From assembly GCA_943356745.1 (NCBI GenBank), contig CALRFT010000001.1, forward strand, positions 11,946 to 75,945: a stretch of DNA of 64,000 nt, read 5' to 3'. Source of the stretch: Parcubacteria group bacterium. GTDB taxonomy: Bacteria > Patescibacteriota > Minisyncoccia > Phycocordibacterales > CSBR16-119. The notes under the pieces were generated by a model that saw only the letters and a program-made list of their open reading frames with translations, did no database searches and was not told the origin of the DNA. Shown here one piece after another: positions 26,721 through 35,722 of this stretch. Position numbers and translations under genes: made by a program. The stretch's first letter is position 1. Each line of letters starts with the position of its first letter.

Positions 26721-26729
26721 GTGTAAAAA

Positions 26730-27287
26730 CTATTTAACGATAGTTGTGATGTCAATTGAGTACAGGTCAGCAAAAGTTGGGTTTGAAACTCCTTCTTTTG
26801 TATCCATGTATTTCACAACCACAGTATCCATTTGTTGAAGTACTGCGAATTCTCGAGTCATCGCTCCATATGTACATTTTGCATATGCAAGTGGGATTCC
26901 TTCAACACCTGTTGTGTCTACAAAATCAACCTCTTCACATACTCCTGGATGAAATCCAAGTTTGTATGGGTTTCGAAGATTGATTACACTTCCATTTCGT
27001 GAGAAATCAGCAAATCGCATCTTTACCCATGTTTGTCCTTCTGGAACACTTGGGTCTTCTGTATCGAATTCCCACTGCACTCCACTGAAGTCATAGACAT
27101 TTCCATCAACTGATGCAATTGTCGCTGCTGATTCTTCAGTTTGTCCTTCTGCTGTTTCTGCAGATTCTTCGTTTACAATAGCCTCGTCTGCTTTATCTCC
27201 TGGCTTTGAAAAAACAATGATCAAAATTATAACAATAATGGTCAAAGCCCAAAGAAGAGCGTTTTTATTATTTTTTACCCATTTCAT
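26730..27287 (-). CDS. secreted/membrane-anchored hypothetical protein
   Basis: N-terminal TM/signal (LLWALTIIVIILIIVF), acidic linker, and a beta-rich C-terminal part. Confidence 0.55.
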   Translation of the reverse strand: MKWVKNNKNALLWALTIIVIILIIVFSKPGDKADEAIVNEESAETAEGQTEESAATIASVDGNVYDFSGVQWEFDTEDPSVPEGQTWVKMRFADFSRNGSVINLRNPYKLGFHPGVCEEVDFVDTTGVEGIPLAYAKCTYGAMTREFAVLQQMDTVVVKYMDTKEGVSNPTFADLYSIDITTIVK

Positions 27288-27383
27288 AACGTTTTAATTA
27301 TATCAGAGTTCAAGCGAAATCAACCTTGATTATAAGTGTTTTTTGGGGTATTCTTTGAATGTCTTTGTATAAAGAAACATAAA

Positions 27384-27458
27384 GGCTCTATCGTCTAGCG
27401 GCTAGGACGCCAGGTTCTCATCCTGGAAACCGGAGTTCGATTCTCCGTAGAGTCACCA
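27384..27458 (+). tRNA. tRNA-Glu (anticodon CUC), CCA encoded
   Basis: Glu-type D-arm TCGTCTAGCGGCTAGGAC, anticodon loop UUCUCAU, T-loop TTCGATT; acceptor GGCTCTA/TAGAGTC with one G-U pair. Confidence 0.88.
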
Positions 27459-27484
27459 ACTCGTACTGACTCGAGAAGCACATT

Positions 27485-28327
27485 ATGATGACCACACAAA
27501 TAACACAAATAGAGAAATGGAATAATAGACAGAGAGAACTGTTAAAATTTCTAGGTACAACAGAACCCGTTAGGGGTAATATTATACGTGAGTGGATCGC
27601 AGAATGCATAGTTCACTTTACAGAAGTAAATGTTCCGCAAAATATAATTGCATATTTTTTAACAAAAATGGAACATATTAGCATAAAAGGGAAAAAAAAA
27701 TTAAAGACTATTTACTTTCAAGACGATGATGAAGAAGAGGAGAAAGAAAGCTTTATTGGTCCATTTGAATTTGTTGGCAACGGGTACCTAATTACATCAG
27801 GTAATATATTGACTGGTAAACAAGGTGGTCATGTAAAGATGACCCCAATATTAGTAGCATTTAGGGTAGCTCAAAATTTAATTGATACATATAAAGATCA
27901 AAATAATATCATTCCTAAAATTTTAATTACAGAATTAGAAAAGTATAAAGATACGAAGAGTTTGTCGTTATCTTTAAGCACAATACAAACCGCTTTTGAA
28001 AAAGATGATATTGATTCAATGTTAATATCGATTATTACATCAACTGATTTAATTTTAAGTCTAATACCTGAGTTATCCTCTACAAAAGATTTGAAGCCTA
28101 AAATTCAAACCGCGCATGACAGTAAGACTATTTACGGGAAATACTCTATGGACCCTGAAATCTTATGGTCAATAAATAATTCACGTATTATACGAAATTA
28201 TAAAATCCATAAACCTATTAAAACTAACCACACCACTACTTATGAAGCAGTGGGGTATGCACACCTTCTTCATTTATTAATTTCATCAATATTAAGTTCT
28301 GGTGAGTTAAAATTAACAAAAGAATAG
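27485..28327 (+). CDS. hypothetical protein (280 aa), tRNA-adjacent and AT-rich
   Basis: Intact ORF starting 26 nt after tRNA-Glu; contains an acidic DDDEEEEKE patch and no recognisable motifs. Confidence 0.55.
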   Translation: MMTTQITQIEKWNNRQRELLKFLGTTEPVRGNIIREWIAECIVHFTEVNVPQNIIAYFLTKMEHISIKGKKKLKTIYFQDDDEEEEKESFIGPFEFVGNGYLITSGNILTGKQGGHVKMTPILVAFRVAQNLIDTYKDQNNIIPKILITELEKYKDTKSLSLSLSTIQTAFEKDDIDSMLISIITSTDLILSLIPELSSTKDLKPKIQTAHDSKTIYGKYSMDPEILWSINNSRIIRNYKIHKPIKTNHTTTYEAVGYAHLLHLLISSILSSGELKLTKE

Positions 28328-28386
28328 CTCTCTCGAGGTGTTTTTCTCTTCCCTTTTATTTCCCCTTATGATACTCTCTCAAATAC

Positions 28387-28749
28387 ATGAAAACAACAGT
28401 CACAAAACAATTTAAATTTGAAGCAGCGCACACACTGCCAAACCATAATGGAAAATGTAAAAATCTCCACGGGCATTCATACCTTTTGGAAGTGACAGTT
28501 TCAGGAGAAAAACAAACTAGCGGTCCACAAGAAGGAATGATTATCGATTTTGGAGATATGACAAAAATAGTAGAAGAACACATTGTAAAAAAGTGGGATC
28601 ATCAATTTTTGAATGACATACTTCCCTTTGTGACCACAGCAGAAAATCTTGCAGAAGAATGTTTTCGAATTTTGGAATCGCAAGGTCTTCAGGTGGAAAG
28701 AATCAAACTTTGGGAAACCTCAAAAGCATATGCAGAAGTGAAAAGATAA
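28387..28749 (+). CDS. queD: 6-carboxy-5,6,7,8-tetrahydropterin synthase (QueD/PTPS family)
   Basis: FKFEAAHTLPNH...CKNLHGHSY zinc-binding His/Cys motif; 120 aa. Confidence 0.9.
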   Translation: MKTTVTKQFKFEAAHTLPNHNGKCKNLHGHSYLLEVTVSGEKQTSGPQEGMIIDFGDMTKIVEEHIVKKWDHQFLNDILPFVTTAENLAEECFRILESQGLQVERIKLWETSKAYAEVKR

Positions 28750-28750
28750 T

Positions 28751-28776
28751 AAAAAACCTCTTATGAGGTTTTTTAT
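28751..28776 (+). terminator. rho-independent terminator
   Basis: aaaaaacctc-ttat-gaggtttttt. Confidence 0.8.
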
Positions 28777-28921
28777 TATGGCTCTAAAAATCTAACATCT
28801 ATATAATTTCATACAAAAGAAATTGTTCACCCTAATGTTCTTTGGGGTTGAATTTATTAGGATATTATGGTCTTATAGTGTATACTCAGTATGAGATCAC
28901 ATTGTTATTAATGTTATCAAT

Positions 28922-29311
28922 ATGTTAAATTCTCCTAAAAAGATTATGACTAAATCAAATCAAGTGATGAAAAATCTATTAATCACTGTTGGAATAATCG
29001 CTCTCGTTGCACTTATTCTGTTTGGAATATTTCAAACAATCAATAATTCAAAAGATGGTGAAGATCTAAGTGTAGAATCAACCACGGAAGTAGAAGCTGA
29101 AAAAGACGCAAATCCTCTTTTGAGCGAAGCACAAGAAAAGTCTCTTGGAAATATTGGGGTTGACCCTGGAAGTCTGCCTACAGAAATAACACCAGCAATG
29201 CAAATTTGTTTTGTTGAAAAATTAGGACTGGAAAGAGCTGAGGAAATAGCAGATGGAGATTCTCCAACGCCTGGAGATTACATCAAAGCTAAAAGTTGTT
29301 TAGATATCTAG
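28922..29311 (+). CDS. membrane-anchored hypothetical protein
   Basis: TM helix (LLITVGIIALVALILFGIF) followed by an acidic extracellular region. Confidence 0.5.
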   Translation: MLNSPKKIMTKSNQVMKNLLITVGIIALVALILFGIFQTINNSKDGEDLSVESTTEVEAEKDANPLLSEAQEKSLGNIGVDPGSLPTEITPAMQICFVEKLGLERAEEIADGDSPTPGDYIKAKSCLDI

Positions 29312-29317
29312 CAAAAA

Positions 29318-29344
29318 TAAAAAACCTCGTAAGAGGTTTTTTTG
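29318..29344 (+). terminator. rho-independent terminator
   Basis: aaaaaacctcg-taa-gaggttttttt. Confidence 0.8.
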
Positions 29345-29357
29345 CTATAATCAACTT

Positions 29358-29594
29358 ATGAAAAAAGAATCACTCCACACAACTTCATCTGATATGAATG
29401 TGGTTTTCAAAGAAAATCTAAAGATACATGAAATCTGGAAAACTCTCACTCCCCTTGCTCAAAATGAATTTGTTTGTTGGATCACCTCTGCAAAGAAGAA
29501 AGAAACTCGAGAAAAAAGAATCTTGAGAATGATTGAGGATTTACGTAAAGGAAAAAGAAGACCATGTTGCTGGGCTGGGTGTCCTCATAGATAA
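29358..29594 (+). CDS. YdeI/OmpD-associated family-like small protein
   Basis: W..SAKKKETREKRI...RRPCCWAGCPHR C-terminus resembles the YdeI family (from memory). Confidence 0.45.
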   Translation: MKKESLHTTSSDMNVVFKENLKIHEIWKTLTPLAQNEFVCWITSAKKKETREKRILRMIEDLRKGKRRPCCWAGCPHR

Positions 29595-29660
29595 TCTCTC
29601 TTGCATTAAAGATAAAAAGGACTATACTTACTGCCGATTATCTATTTAATAAATATACAT

Positions 29661-30296
29661 ATGTCAGACGAACTACTACAAATTGTCGATCCAGAGACAG
29701 GAGAACCAACAGGAGAACATCTTCCTCGAAAAAAGGTTCTTGAAGAAAAACTCTGGTGCCGAACAACAAATATTTTTATCCTCAACACAAAAGGTGAAGT
29801 TCTTTGTCACCAAAGATCACTTTCTAAAGAACGATTCCCTGGAACCTGGAGTACTCACTTTGGAGGTCACGTAACAGAAGGAGAATCTTTCAAAATTAGC
29901 GCCCTTAAAGAAACAGAAGAAGAGCTTGGACTCAAAGTGAATGCATTTCAAATGATTCCATGGAGAACAAGTAAAAAAAGTGTAAGTCGAATTTGGGTTC
30001 GAGATTTTATCACAGTATTTGATGGAGATATTTCAAAACTTCCCATTCAAACATCAGAAATTGAACAGATTAAATGGTTTACTCCTGAAGAAATACTAGC
30101 AGAGCTCGACGCGGAAGGAGATGAAGATACAGTCAACTGGCTTGCTGGGACACATGACTTCTATGCAGACTATCAATGTATGCGAGCAGTACTTACCGCA
30201 ACAATCGACGCTGGAATTTTTGGTGGAGATTATACACCACTTAGAAACTGGCAACCTGTTTTAGGAAAAGATAACAAAAGCTCAACGCCTCATTAA
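29661..30296 (+). CDS. NUDIX hydrolase
   Basis: Nudix box GGHVTEGESFKISALKETEEELGL. Confidence 0.85.
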   Translation: MSDELLQIVDPETGEPTGEHLPRKKVLEEKLWCRTTNIFILNTKGEVLCHQRSLSKERFPGTWSTHFGGHVTEGESFKISALKETEEELGLKVNAFQMIPWRTSKKSVSRIWVRDFITVFDGDISKLPIQTSEIEQIKWFTPEEILAELDAEGDEDTVNWLAGTHDFYADYQCMRAVLTATIDAGIFGGDYTPLRNWQPVLGKDNKSSTPH

Positions 30297-30300
30297 AATA

Positions 30301-30330
30301 AAAACCCCTCGTACGTTTACGAGGGGTTTT
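30301..30330. repeat. 30-bp terminator hairpin, copy 1 of an identical pair
   Basis: aaaacccctcgtacgtttacgaggggtttt, identical to 31708-31737. Confidence 0.9.
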
Positions 30331-30361
30331 GCAAATCATTTGCATAAATATAAAAATAATA

Positions 30362-30367
30362 TATACT
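30362..30367 (+). promoter_or_regulatory. -10 TATACT 7 nt upstream of the ATPase ATG
   Basis: TATACT, then tcaattt, then ATG at 30375. Confidence 0.35.
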
Positions 30368-30374
30368 TCAATTT

Positions 30375-31199
30375 ATGATTATTGGATTTCTAGGAAAAGG
30401 AGGAAGTGGGAAATCTTCCACAGCTACACAATTCGCGCTTTGGCTTGAGAAAGAAGGATATTCTCTGCTTGCGATAGACGCAGATCACAATATGGATTTT
30501 CTGTACAATCTCACTCAAGGAAAAGAAGTTCTCTCTCATTTTCTTGGAAGCTCTGGCTTTGATATAGAAGATTTTCTTGATGCAGATCATTCAAAAAAAT
30601 ATAAAGAAATATTTTTGGAGACAAAAAGTAAACATAAATTTTCACTCCTTCCCCTTGATTCATTTTCTGAAAAATATATAAGCTCGATTCGAAAAAATAT
30701 TCGAGTTATGGCAGCGGGTCCACAAACAGACGAGGTGATTGGTGGGAAAGTGTGTAGTCACAATCTCACGTCAGTACTCAAGCTCTATCTTCCCCTGCTT
30801 CAAGTTCCAGACAAACATATTGTGGTAGTGGATGAAAAAGCTGGCGCGGATGGAGTCACAACTGGAATTGTAACAGGGCTTGATTATGCTATTGTGGTGT
30901 GTGAACCTTCTTTACATAGCACAAAAACAGCCAGACAAATACTTTCACTTCTTGAAAAATACAACACGCCAAAAGTGGTGGTGGGTAACAAAATCACAAG
31001 CCCAGAAGACATGGATTTTATTTCCCAAGAAATCCCAGACGAAGCTATTATTTTCATACCAGCAAGCAGCGGAGTCCGAACAAAACCAAGTGAATATGAC
31101 CCACAGTATGAAGAAGCTTTGCAAAATCTTTTTCAATATCTTTTGGAAAACTATGAAGACAAAAGATATGAGCGAACATTGGAAAAATTTTCTTCATAG
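30375..31199 (+). CDS. ParA/MinD-superfamily P-loop ATPase (CooC/ArsA-like)
   Basis: Deviant Walker A GKGGSGKSS, then DADHNMD, and a Walker B-like VVVDEKAG. Confidence 0.78.
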   Translation: MIIGFLGKGGSGKSSTATQFALWLEKEGYSLLAIDADHNMDFLYNLTQGKEVLSHFLGSSGFDIEDFLDADHSKKYKEIFLETKSKHKFSLLPLDSFSEKYISSIRKNIRVMAAGPQTDEVIGGKVCSHNLTSVLKLYLPLLQVPDKHIVVVDEKAGADGVTTGIVTGLDYAIVVCEPSLHSTKTARQILSLLEKYNTPKVVVGNKITSPEDMDFISQEIPDEAIIFIPASSGVRTKPSEYDPQYEEALQNLFQYLLENYEDKRYERTLEKFSS

Positions 31200-31280
31200 T
31201 ATGTTTTTATATCACACAAACCATGCCTTTGTGTGATACATAAAACATATAGTTCTTTTTAACCTTTTAAATTTATAATT

Positions 31281-31703
31281 ATGGATTGCGAAAAAGCCCG
31301 TCAGGTTTATGTTGGTGGACCAGATCAGTACATCGACCAAGTTAAAGAAATGTTTCCGAAAGCATATGAATGGCTTTCAGAGCTAGCCAAGAAAACAGTA
31401 CAAGGTACCGGAAAACATCCCTTTCACAAAAAAGTGGTTGAGATGGCAGGAGATGGACCATACTATCTCGAGCATGGAGATGATAATGATCCTGTCTTCA
31501 AAGAAGTTCATGAACTTCTAAGTGACCTGACAGGTATGCATCTTATCAACAAACACTTCTCCGGTATACACGGAACAAAACTCAGCTTTTCAAATATCTG
31601 CTGCAGTAGTTGCAAATGTGTAAAAGGAGAAATGTCCATCGAGAAGATCATGCGTATTCAATACGCAGCTGTACAAGTAGAAGCTGATGGCACACTCGTT
31701 TAA
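31281..31703 (+). CDS. hypothetical Cys-containing protein (140 aa) paired with the ATPase
   Basis: Intact ORF with a CCSSCKC cluster near the C-terminus; 81 nt after the ATPase. Confidence 0.55.
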   Translation: MDCEKARQVYVGGPDQYIDQVKEMFPKAYEWLSELAKKTVQGTGKHPFHKKVVEMAGDGPYYLEHGDDNDPVFKEVHELLSDLTGMHLINKHFSGIHGTKLSFSNICCSSCKCVKGEMSIEKIMRIQYAAVQVEADGTLV

Positions 31704-31707
31704 AACA

Positions 31708-31737
31708 AAACCCCTCGTACGTTTACGAGGGGTTTTT
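31708..31737. repeat. 30-bp terminator hairpin, copy 2 (bidirectional)
   Basis: Identical to 30301-30330. Confidence 0.9.
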
Positions 31738-31741
31738 AACA

Positions 31742-32794
31742 CTAAACCTCCACAGTGTGAGATTCATTGCCGAGTTTATGGAGATATTTAAAATGCTCTA
31801 CAATTGCTTTTCCAAAACCACCAATATTGTTGTAAGGTATGTTTTTTTCTTTGCAATACCTTTGAACAATTTTTGAGATTTTTGGATAATGAACATGGGA
31901 AATGTATGGAAAAATATGGTGTTCAATTTGATAATTGAGACCACCAGTTAACCATGTAACAAATCGATTCCCAACCGCAAAATTGCATGTCGTACGGATT
32001 TGATGCTCTTCTCGATTAAACTCAATAGTTTTTGGAAAATGAGTAAGGCTCGAAACGTGAGCAGGTTGAAACACCAAAGAGAGAAACAAACCAGCAGTCA
32101 GATGCATACACAAGAAAAAGACAAGAACATACCAAAAAGAAACTTTCCAAAATAATCCAGGGATAACAATCCAAAATACAAAGTAGCCAATCTTTGAAAG
32201 TGAGATAGCAAGAAGGTGATTTTTGATTTTTTTAAAATTTCTCCTGTTTTTTTTGTAGTATCGGTAAGCTTGACCAAAGTCTTTCCACGTACACCAAAAG
32301 AGGGTCATGATTGAATAGAAGAAAGGAGCATACCACGCTTGATATTTGTGCCCCTTCCTTAGTGGTTGATGAGGACTAAAACGAAAGAGCCCTCTTGTGT
32401 CGAGATCACTGTCGTGTTCGGTTGAATTTGTAAAAGAATGATGATCCAGATTATGTTGTTCGTTCCAGTTAGGTCCGTAGCCACCCACAAAATAAATTGA
32501 TGACCCAAACAATAAGTTCACCCACTCTTTTTGAGAGAAAGATCTATGATTTGCATCATGCATCACTCCCATACCAATTCCAGACTTGGCGATACCAGCA
32601 AGAATTCCCATACAGACAAGAATCCAAAGAGGTACAGAAAACAAAAAAAGAGCAGTGTATAAAGAAAAATATACTCCTATCAAAATAAAGGCTTTGATAT
32701 AGAGATTTATATTTCCATTGAATTTTTCTGCCAGAAACACTTTTACTTCCTCGTGAAGCTCTGTGTCATTTTCATGATTTTTATTTTTTTCCAT
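31742..32794 (-). CDS. membrane fatty-acid desaturase family protein
   Basis: Three His boxes (HDANH, HNLDHH, QIEHH) and four or more TM helices. Confidence 0.85.
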   Translation of the reverse strand: MEKNKNHENDTELHEEVKVFLAEKFNGNINLYIKAFILIGVYFSLYTALFLFSVPLWILVCMGILAGIAKSGIGMGVMHDANHRSFSQKEWVNLLFGSSIYFVGGYGPNWNEQHNLDHHSFTNSTEHDSDLDTRGLFRFSPHQPLRKGHKYQAWYAPFFYSIMTLFWCTWKDFGQAYRYYKKNRRNFKKIKNHLLAISLSKIGYFVFWIVIPGLFWKVSFWYVLVFFLCMHLTAGLFLSLVFQPAHVSSLTHFPKTIEFNREEHQIRTTCNFAVGNRFVTWLTGGLNYQIEHHIFPYISHVHYPKISKIVQRYCKEKNIPYNNIGGFGKAIVEHFKYLHKLGNESHTVEV

Positions 32795-32875
32795 TGTAAA
32801 AAACTTTTTTTCTAATCATAGCAAAATATGAAATTAAAAAACACTATTCAGTAGTACTGAATAGTGTTTTAAATA

Positions 32876-33190
32876 TCACACTGTTTCAAGCTCTCCTACA
32901 ATGGTTTTAACAATAACTTTTTCCTCTTTTTCATCAAAAGGTTTCATGAAATCGATTTCAAATTTTTCTCTTTGCTCAGATCCAAACTTTCTCATTGCGA
33001 TCTCGTTTTTAAACATGAGAATAAAGTTAATTGATTTTTTTTCAATATCTTGGATATGACGAGCAATATCCTCGACTAGTCCATTTTTAACCATTTCGGA
33101 TTTAAGGGTTAAAAAAGTTTTTAAGCCCTTACCCAAAAGCTCTTCGCTTTCAGTTTCAAAAAAAACATACAATCTTAAATTTTCTTCCAT
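32876..33190 (-). CDS. hypothetical protein (104 aa)
   Basis: Intact ORF with no recognisable motif. Confidence 0.45.
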   Translation of the reverse strand: MEENLRLYVFFETESEELLGKGLKTFLTLKSEMVKNGLVEDIARHIQDIEKKSINFILMFKNEIAMRKFGSEQREKFEIDFMKPFDEKEEKVIVKTIVGELETV

Positions 33191-33228
33191 GGTACTTTAT
33201 TTTTTAAGGTTTTATGAGATGGTACCAC

Positions 33229-33257
33229 AAAGCCCCTCGCAAAGCGAGGGGCTTTTT
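33229..33257 (-). terminator. rho-independent terminator
   Basis: aaagcccctcgc-aaa-gcgaggggcttttt. Confidence 0.8.
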
Positions 33258-33258
33258 G

Positions 33259-33981
33259 TTATTTAAAATATTGAGCTTTAAACAAATTTTTATTGTCACC
33301 AACCGCAGAGATTTTTAGTTCTTGTTGACCCACTGCATACGATGCAATTTGATATGGAACAAAAATAAACGTCACAGAATCATTATCAGAATACCAAATA
33401 CTCCAATTTTCTTTAGTCCCACTTGATCCTTCTGGATATTCAACAGTCAGTTCCTTATCTGCAAGAGCGGCGAAAATATTAAGTGAATCTTTACTAGAAA
33501 TAATATCTGTCACCTCAATTCTCTTTCCTGTTTTTTTATCATAGTTAAATGATTCAAGAAAAGTATTTCCATGAGCCCCGCCGGTATATTCATATCCTTG
33601 AACAAGATATGAAATAATAGTATCTGATTCATATGTTTGATATTTCATATCAAGATTCCAAGGAAAAGATGCTGTTTCCAAATCACCCGCTTCTTTTCTC
33701 ATTGAAACAAAACGATCAATCTGTTCATCTCCGTACTTTGCAATTTCTTGAACATCCTCCGGAAGATCAGCATTCACAATCAAACTAGAATCTTTAAATG
33801 AATAGGTTCCGTCTTCTTCAAGAAAAACCAACTCTTCAGAAACGTCTTGTTTTGTTTCTGTTTGTTCTTCATTTTGAATTTCTTCTTTTTTTGTGTCACT
33901 TTTCAGAAAAACCAAATACAAAGCAAAACCTATCAAAAGAACAAGTCCCGTTATTTTTAAAATTCTTAAAAATTTTGTCAT
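33259..33981 (-). CDS. DUF3298/DUF4163-like (RsiV/PdaC-type) membrane-anchored protein
   Basis: N-terminal TM helix and a YEYTGGAHGNTF motif typical of DUF3298. Confidence 0.6.
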   Translation of the reverse strand: MTKFLRILKITGLVLLIGFALYLVFLKSDTKKEEIQNEEQTETKQDVSEELVFLEEDGTYSFKDSSLIVNADLPEDVQEIAKYGDEQIDRFVSMRKEAGDLETASFPWNLDMKYQTYESDTIISYLVQGYEYTGGAHGNTFLESFNYDKKTGKRIEVTDIISSKDSLNIFAALADKELTVEYPEGSSGTKENWSIWYSDNDSVTFIFVPYQIASYAVGQQELKISAVGDNKNLFKAQYFK

Positions 33982-33986
33982 AGATA

Positions 33987-35717
33987 TTACCTATCTGGAG
34001 GTAGGTTGTAATAACGAATAATAAAATCTGTTATATCGAAAAATGGACTTGAAAGGGTTTGAGAGGCGTACTTCACACCCTTAGGGTGATTGATTGAAAG
34101 CACTACAATAAACTGCGGATCATAGGCTGGAAAATAACCAAAAAATGAGTGTCTGTTTCGGTCTTGATAATACCCACCAGTCGGATTTGGGATTTGAGCT
34201 GTTCCAGTTTTTGCAGCAACTGTATATCCAGCTTGTGCATAGGAACCTTCCCCAAGAGTCTCGTCAACAATTGAAACAAGTATTTTTGTAATTTCATGAG
34301 AAGTATCGGCGCTAAATACCTGTTTTTTTTCTTCTTTTGGATAGATAAATTCCTTATCTTCCATATCCTTATAATCAATTTTTTTAACAATGTGAGGTTG
34401 AATTAAATATCCACCATTTCCAAGTGTTGAGAGAGCTCTCGCAAGAGCAATTGGACTTGTCGAAATTCCTTGACCAAAACTCGATGTTGCATATTCTACC
34501 CGTCCACCTGTTTCGAGATTTTTTACTAATCCTTTTACCTCACTTGGAAGGTCAATTCCTGTACGTTCACCAATTCCATAAGAAAGCATATATTCTTTAA
34601 ACTTTTCTCTTCCCATTTGTTGCATGATAAATACCATACCAGTATTGAGTGAGTCAGCTAAAATTTTATTAACCGTCACCTGCCCTCTTCCTTTTTCATC
34701 GAAGTTCTTAATTGTAGCGTCTTCCACCTGTATAAACCCAGCATCATAATATTCTGTTTCAGAAGTAATTGCCCCCATATCAAGAGCCCCTGCAACAACA
34801 AGAGGTTTTACTACTGAACCAAACTCATAGACATTTTCAACCAGAGGATTTCTAAATAATGAGATATCTTCAACTTTTCCAAACTCGTTATTGTTGTACG
34901 AAGGAAGCGCAGTCATTGCATAAATTTCTCCTGTTTGAGGATTCATAATAATTCCAAAACCAGAATCCGCATTCCATGTCTCAAGAGTATCTGAGAGAGT
35001 TTGTTCAAGATATTGTTGAACCCTTGTTTCAATAGTAGTCACTACATCACCTTCTGGGTTGTCCTTACTAAAAAATGAACTACCTAAATGTGAAAACACT
35101 TGAGCAAAATTATTTACCTTTTGCTGTTCTTTCCGACGAGAAAGAATGTCATTGTAATATCGCTCAAGTCCATATTGCCCTTCTAAAGAATCCTCTTTAT
35201 AAGCAACAAAACCAAGCACATTGGAAAGTATTCCTTCGCCTGGATAATATCGCCATGTATCTTCATAAAGATAAACTCCCGGAATTCCCAGTTTTTTGAT
35301 AGCATCAGCGCGTTCTCGTTCTATTCTTTTCTCAATTTCTTCATAGGGGTCATTTTGCTTAGTTGCCCGCTTCAAAAAATCCTCTTTCTTTGTTGTTACA
35401 AGAAAAGGTTCAAGAGAAGCATATACTTCATCTGCGTTTTCTATTTTTCCTGGATCAACCGCCAATAAATAACCTCTAATAACTGTTGCACCAGCCATGA
35501 GAGTTCCATCTTTTGAAGTAAGAAAAATTGTTCCCCGATCAAAAATACCACTTGATTGAACATATGACCTGTCGGCTTCTTTGGTAAACTCATCATTTCG
35601 AAGGATTTGAAGTGAAAATGTCTTACCAAGCAAAAGAAGTGCTAGGACAATAATAAATATCCCGACCCAGACAAGTCGTTTTGTTTGCTGATCAGAAGAT
35701 CGAGTCATAGGATACAA
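33987..35717 (-). CDS. ftsI: penicillin-binding protein, class B transpeptidase (FtsI-type, division/cell-wall cluster)
   Basis: N-terminal TM helix, SVVKP (SxxK), a probable SxN motif and KTGTAQ; sits in the mraZ-rsmH-ftsL cluster. Confidence 0.88.
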   Translation of the reverse strand: MYPMTRSSDQQTKRLVWVGIFIIVLALLLLGKTFSLQILRNDEFTKEADRSYVQSSGIFDRGTIFLTSKDGTLMAGATVIRGYLLAVDPGKIENADEVYASLEPFLVTTKKEDFLKRATKQNDPYEEIEKRIERERADAIKKLGIPGVYLYEDTWRYYPGEGILSNVLGFVAYKEDSLEGQYGLERYYNDILSRRKEQQKVNNFAQVFSHLGSSFFSKDNPEGDVVTTIETRVQQYLEQTLSDTLETWNADSGFGIIMNPQTGEIYAMTALPSYNNNEFGKVEDISLFRNPLVENVYEFGSVVKPLVVAGALDMGAITSETEYYDAGFIQVEDATIKNFDEKGRGQVTVNKILADSLNTGMVFIMQQMGREKFKEYMLSYGIGERTGIDLPSEVKGLVKNLETGGRVEYATSSFGQGISTSPIALARALSTLGNGGYLIQPHIVKKIDYKDMEDKEFIYPKEEKKQVFSADTSHEITKILVSIVDETLGEGSYAQAGYTVAAKTGTAQIPNPTGGYYQDRNRHSFFGYFPAYDPQFIVVLSINHPKGVKYASQTLSSPFFDITDFIIRYYNLPPDR

Positions 35718-35722
35718 AAAGA

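Noticed and set aside
27418-27609. 63-aa minus-strand ORF overlapping tRNA-Glu
   Set aside because: It overlaps a well-supported tRNA gene and the start of the downstream CDS. It is a spurious reading frame.
28328-28386. preQ1 riboswitch upstream of queD
   Set aside because: The 59-nt leader lacks the small hairpin plus A-rich tail of preQ1-I.
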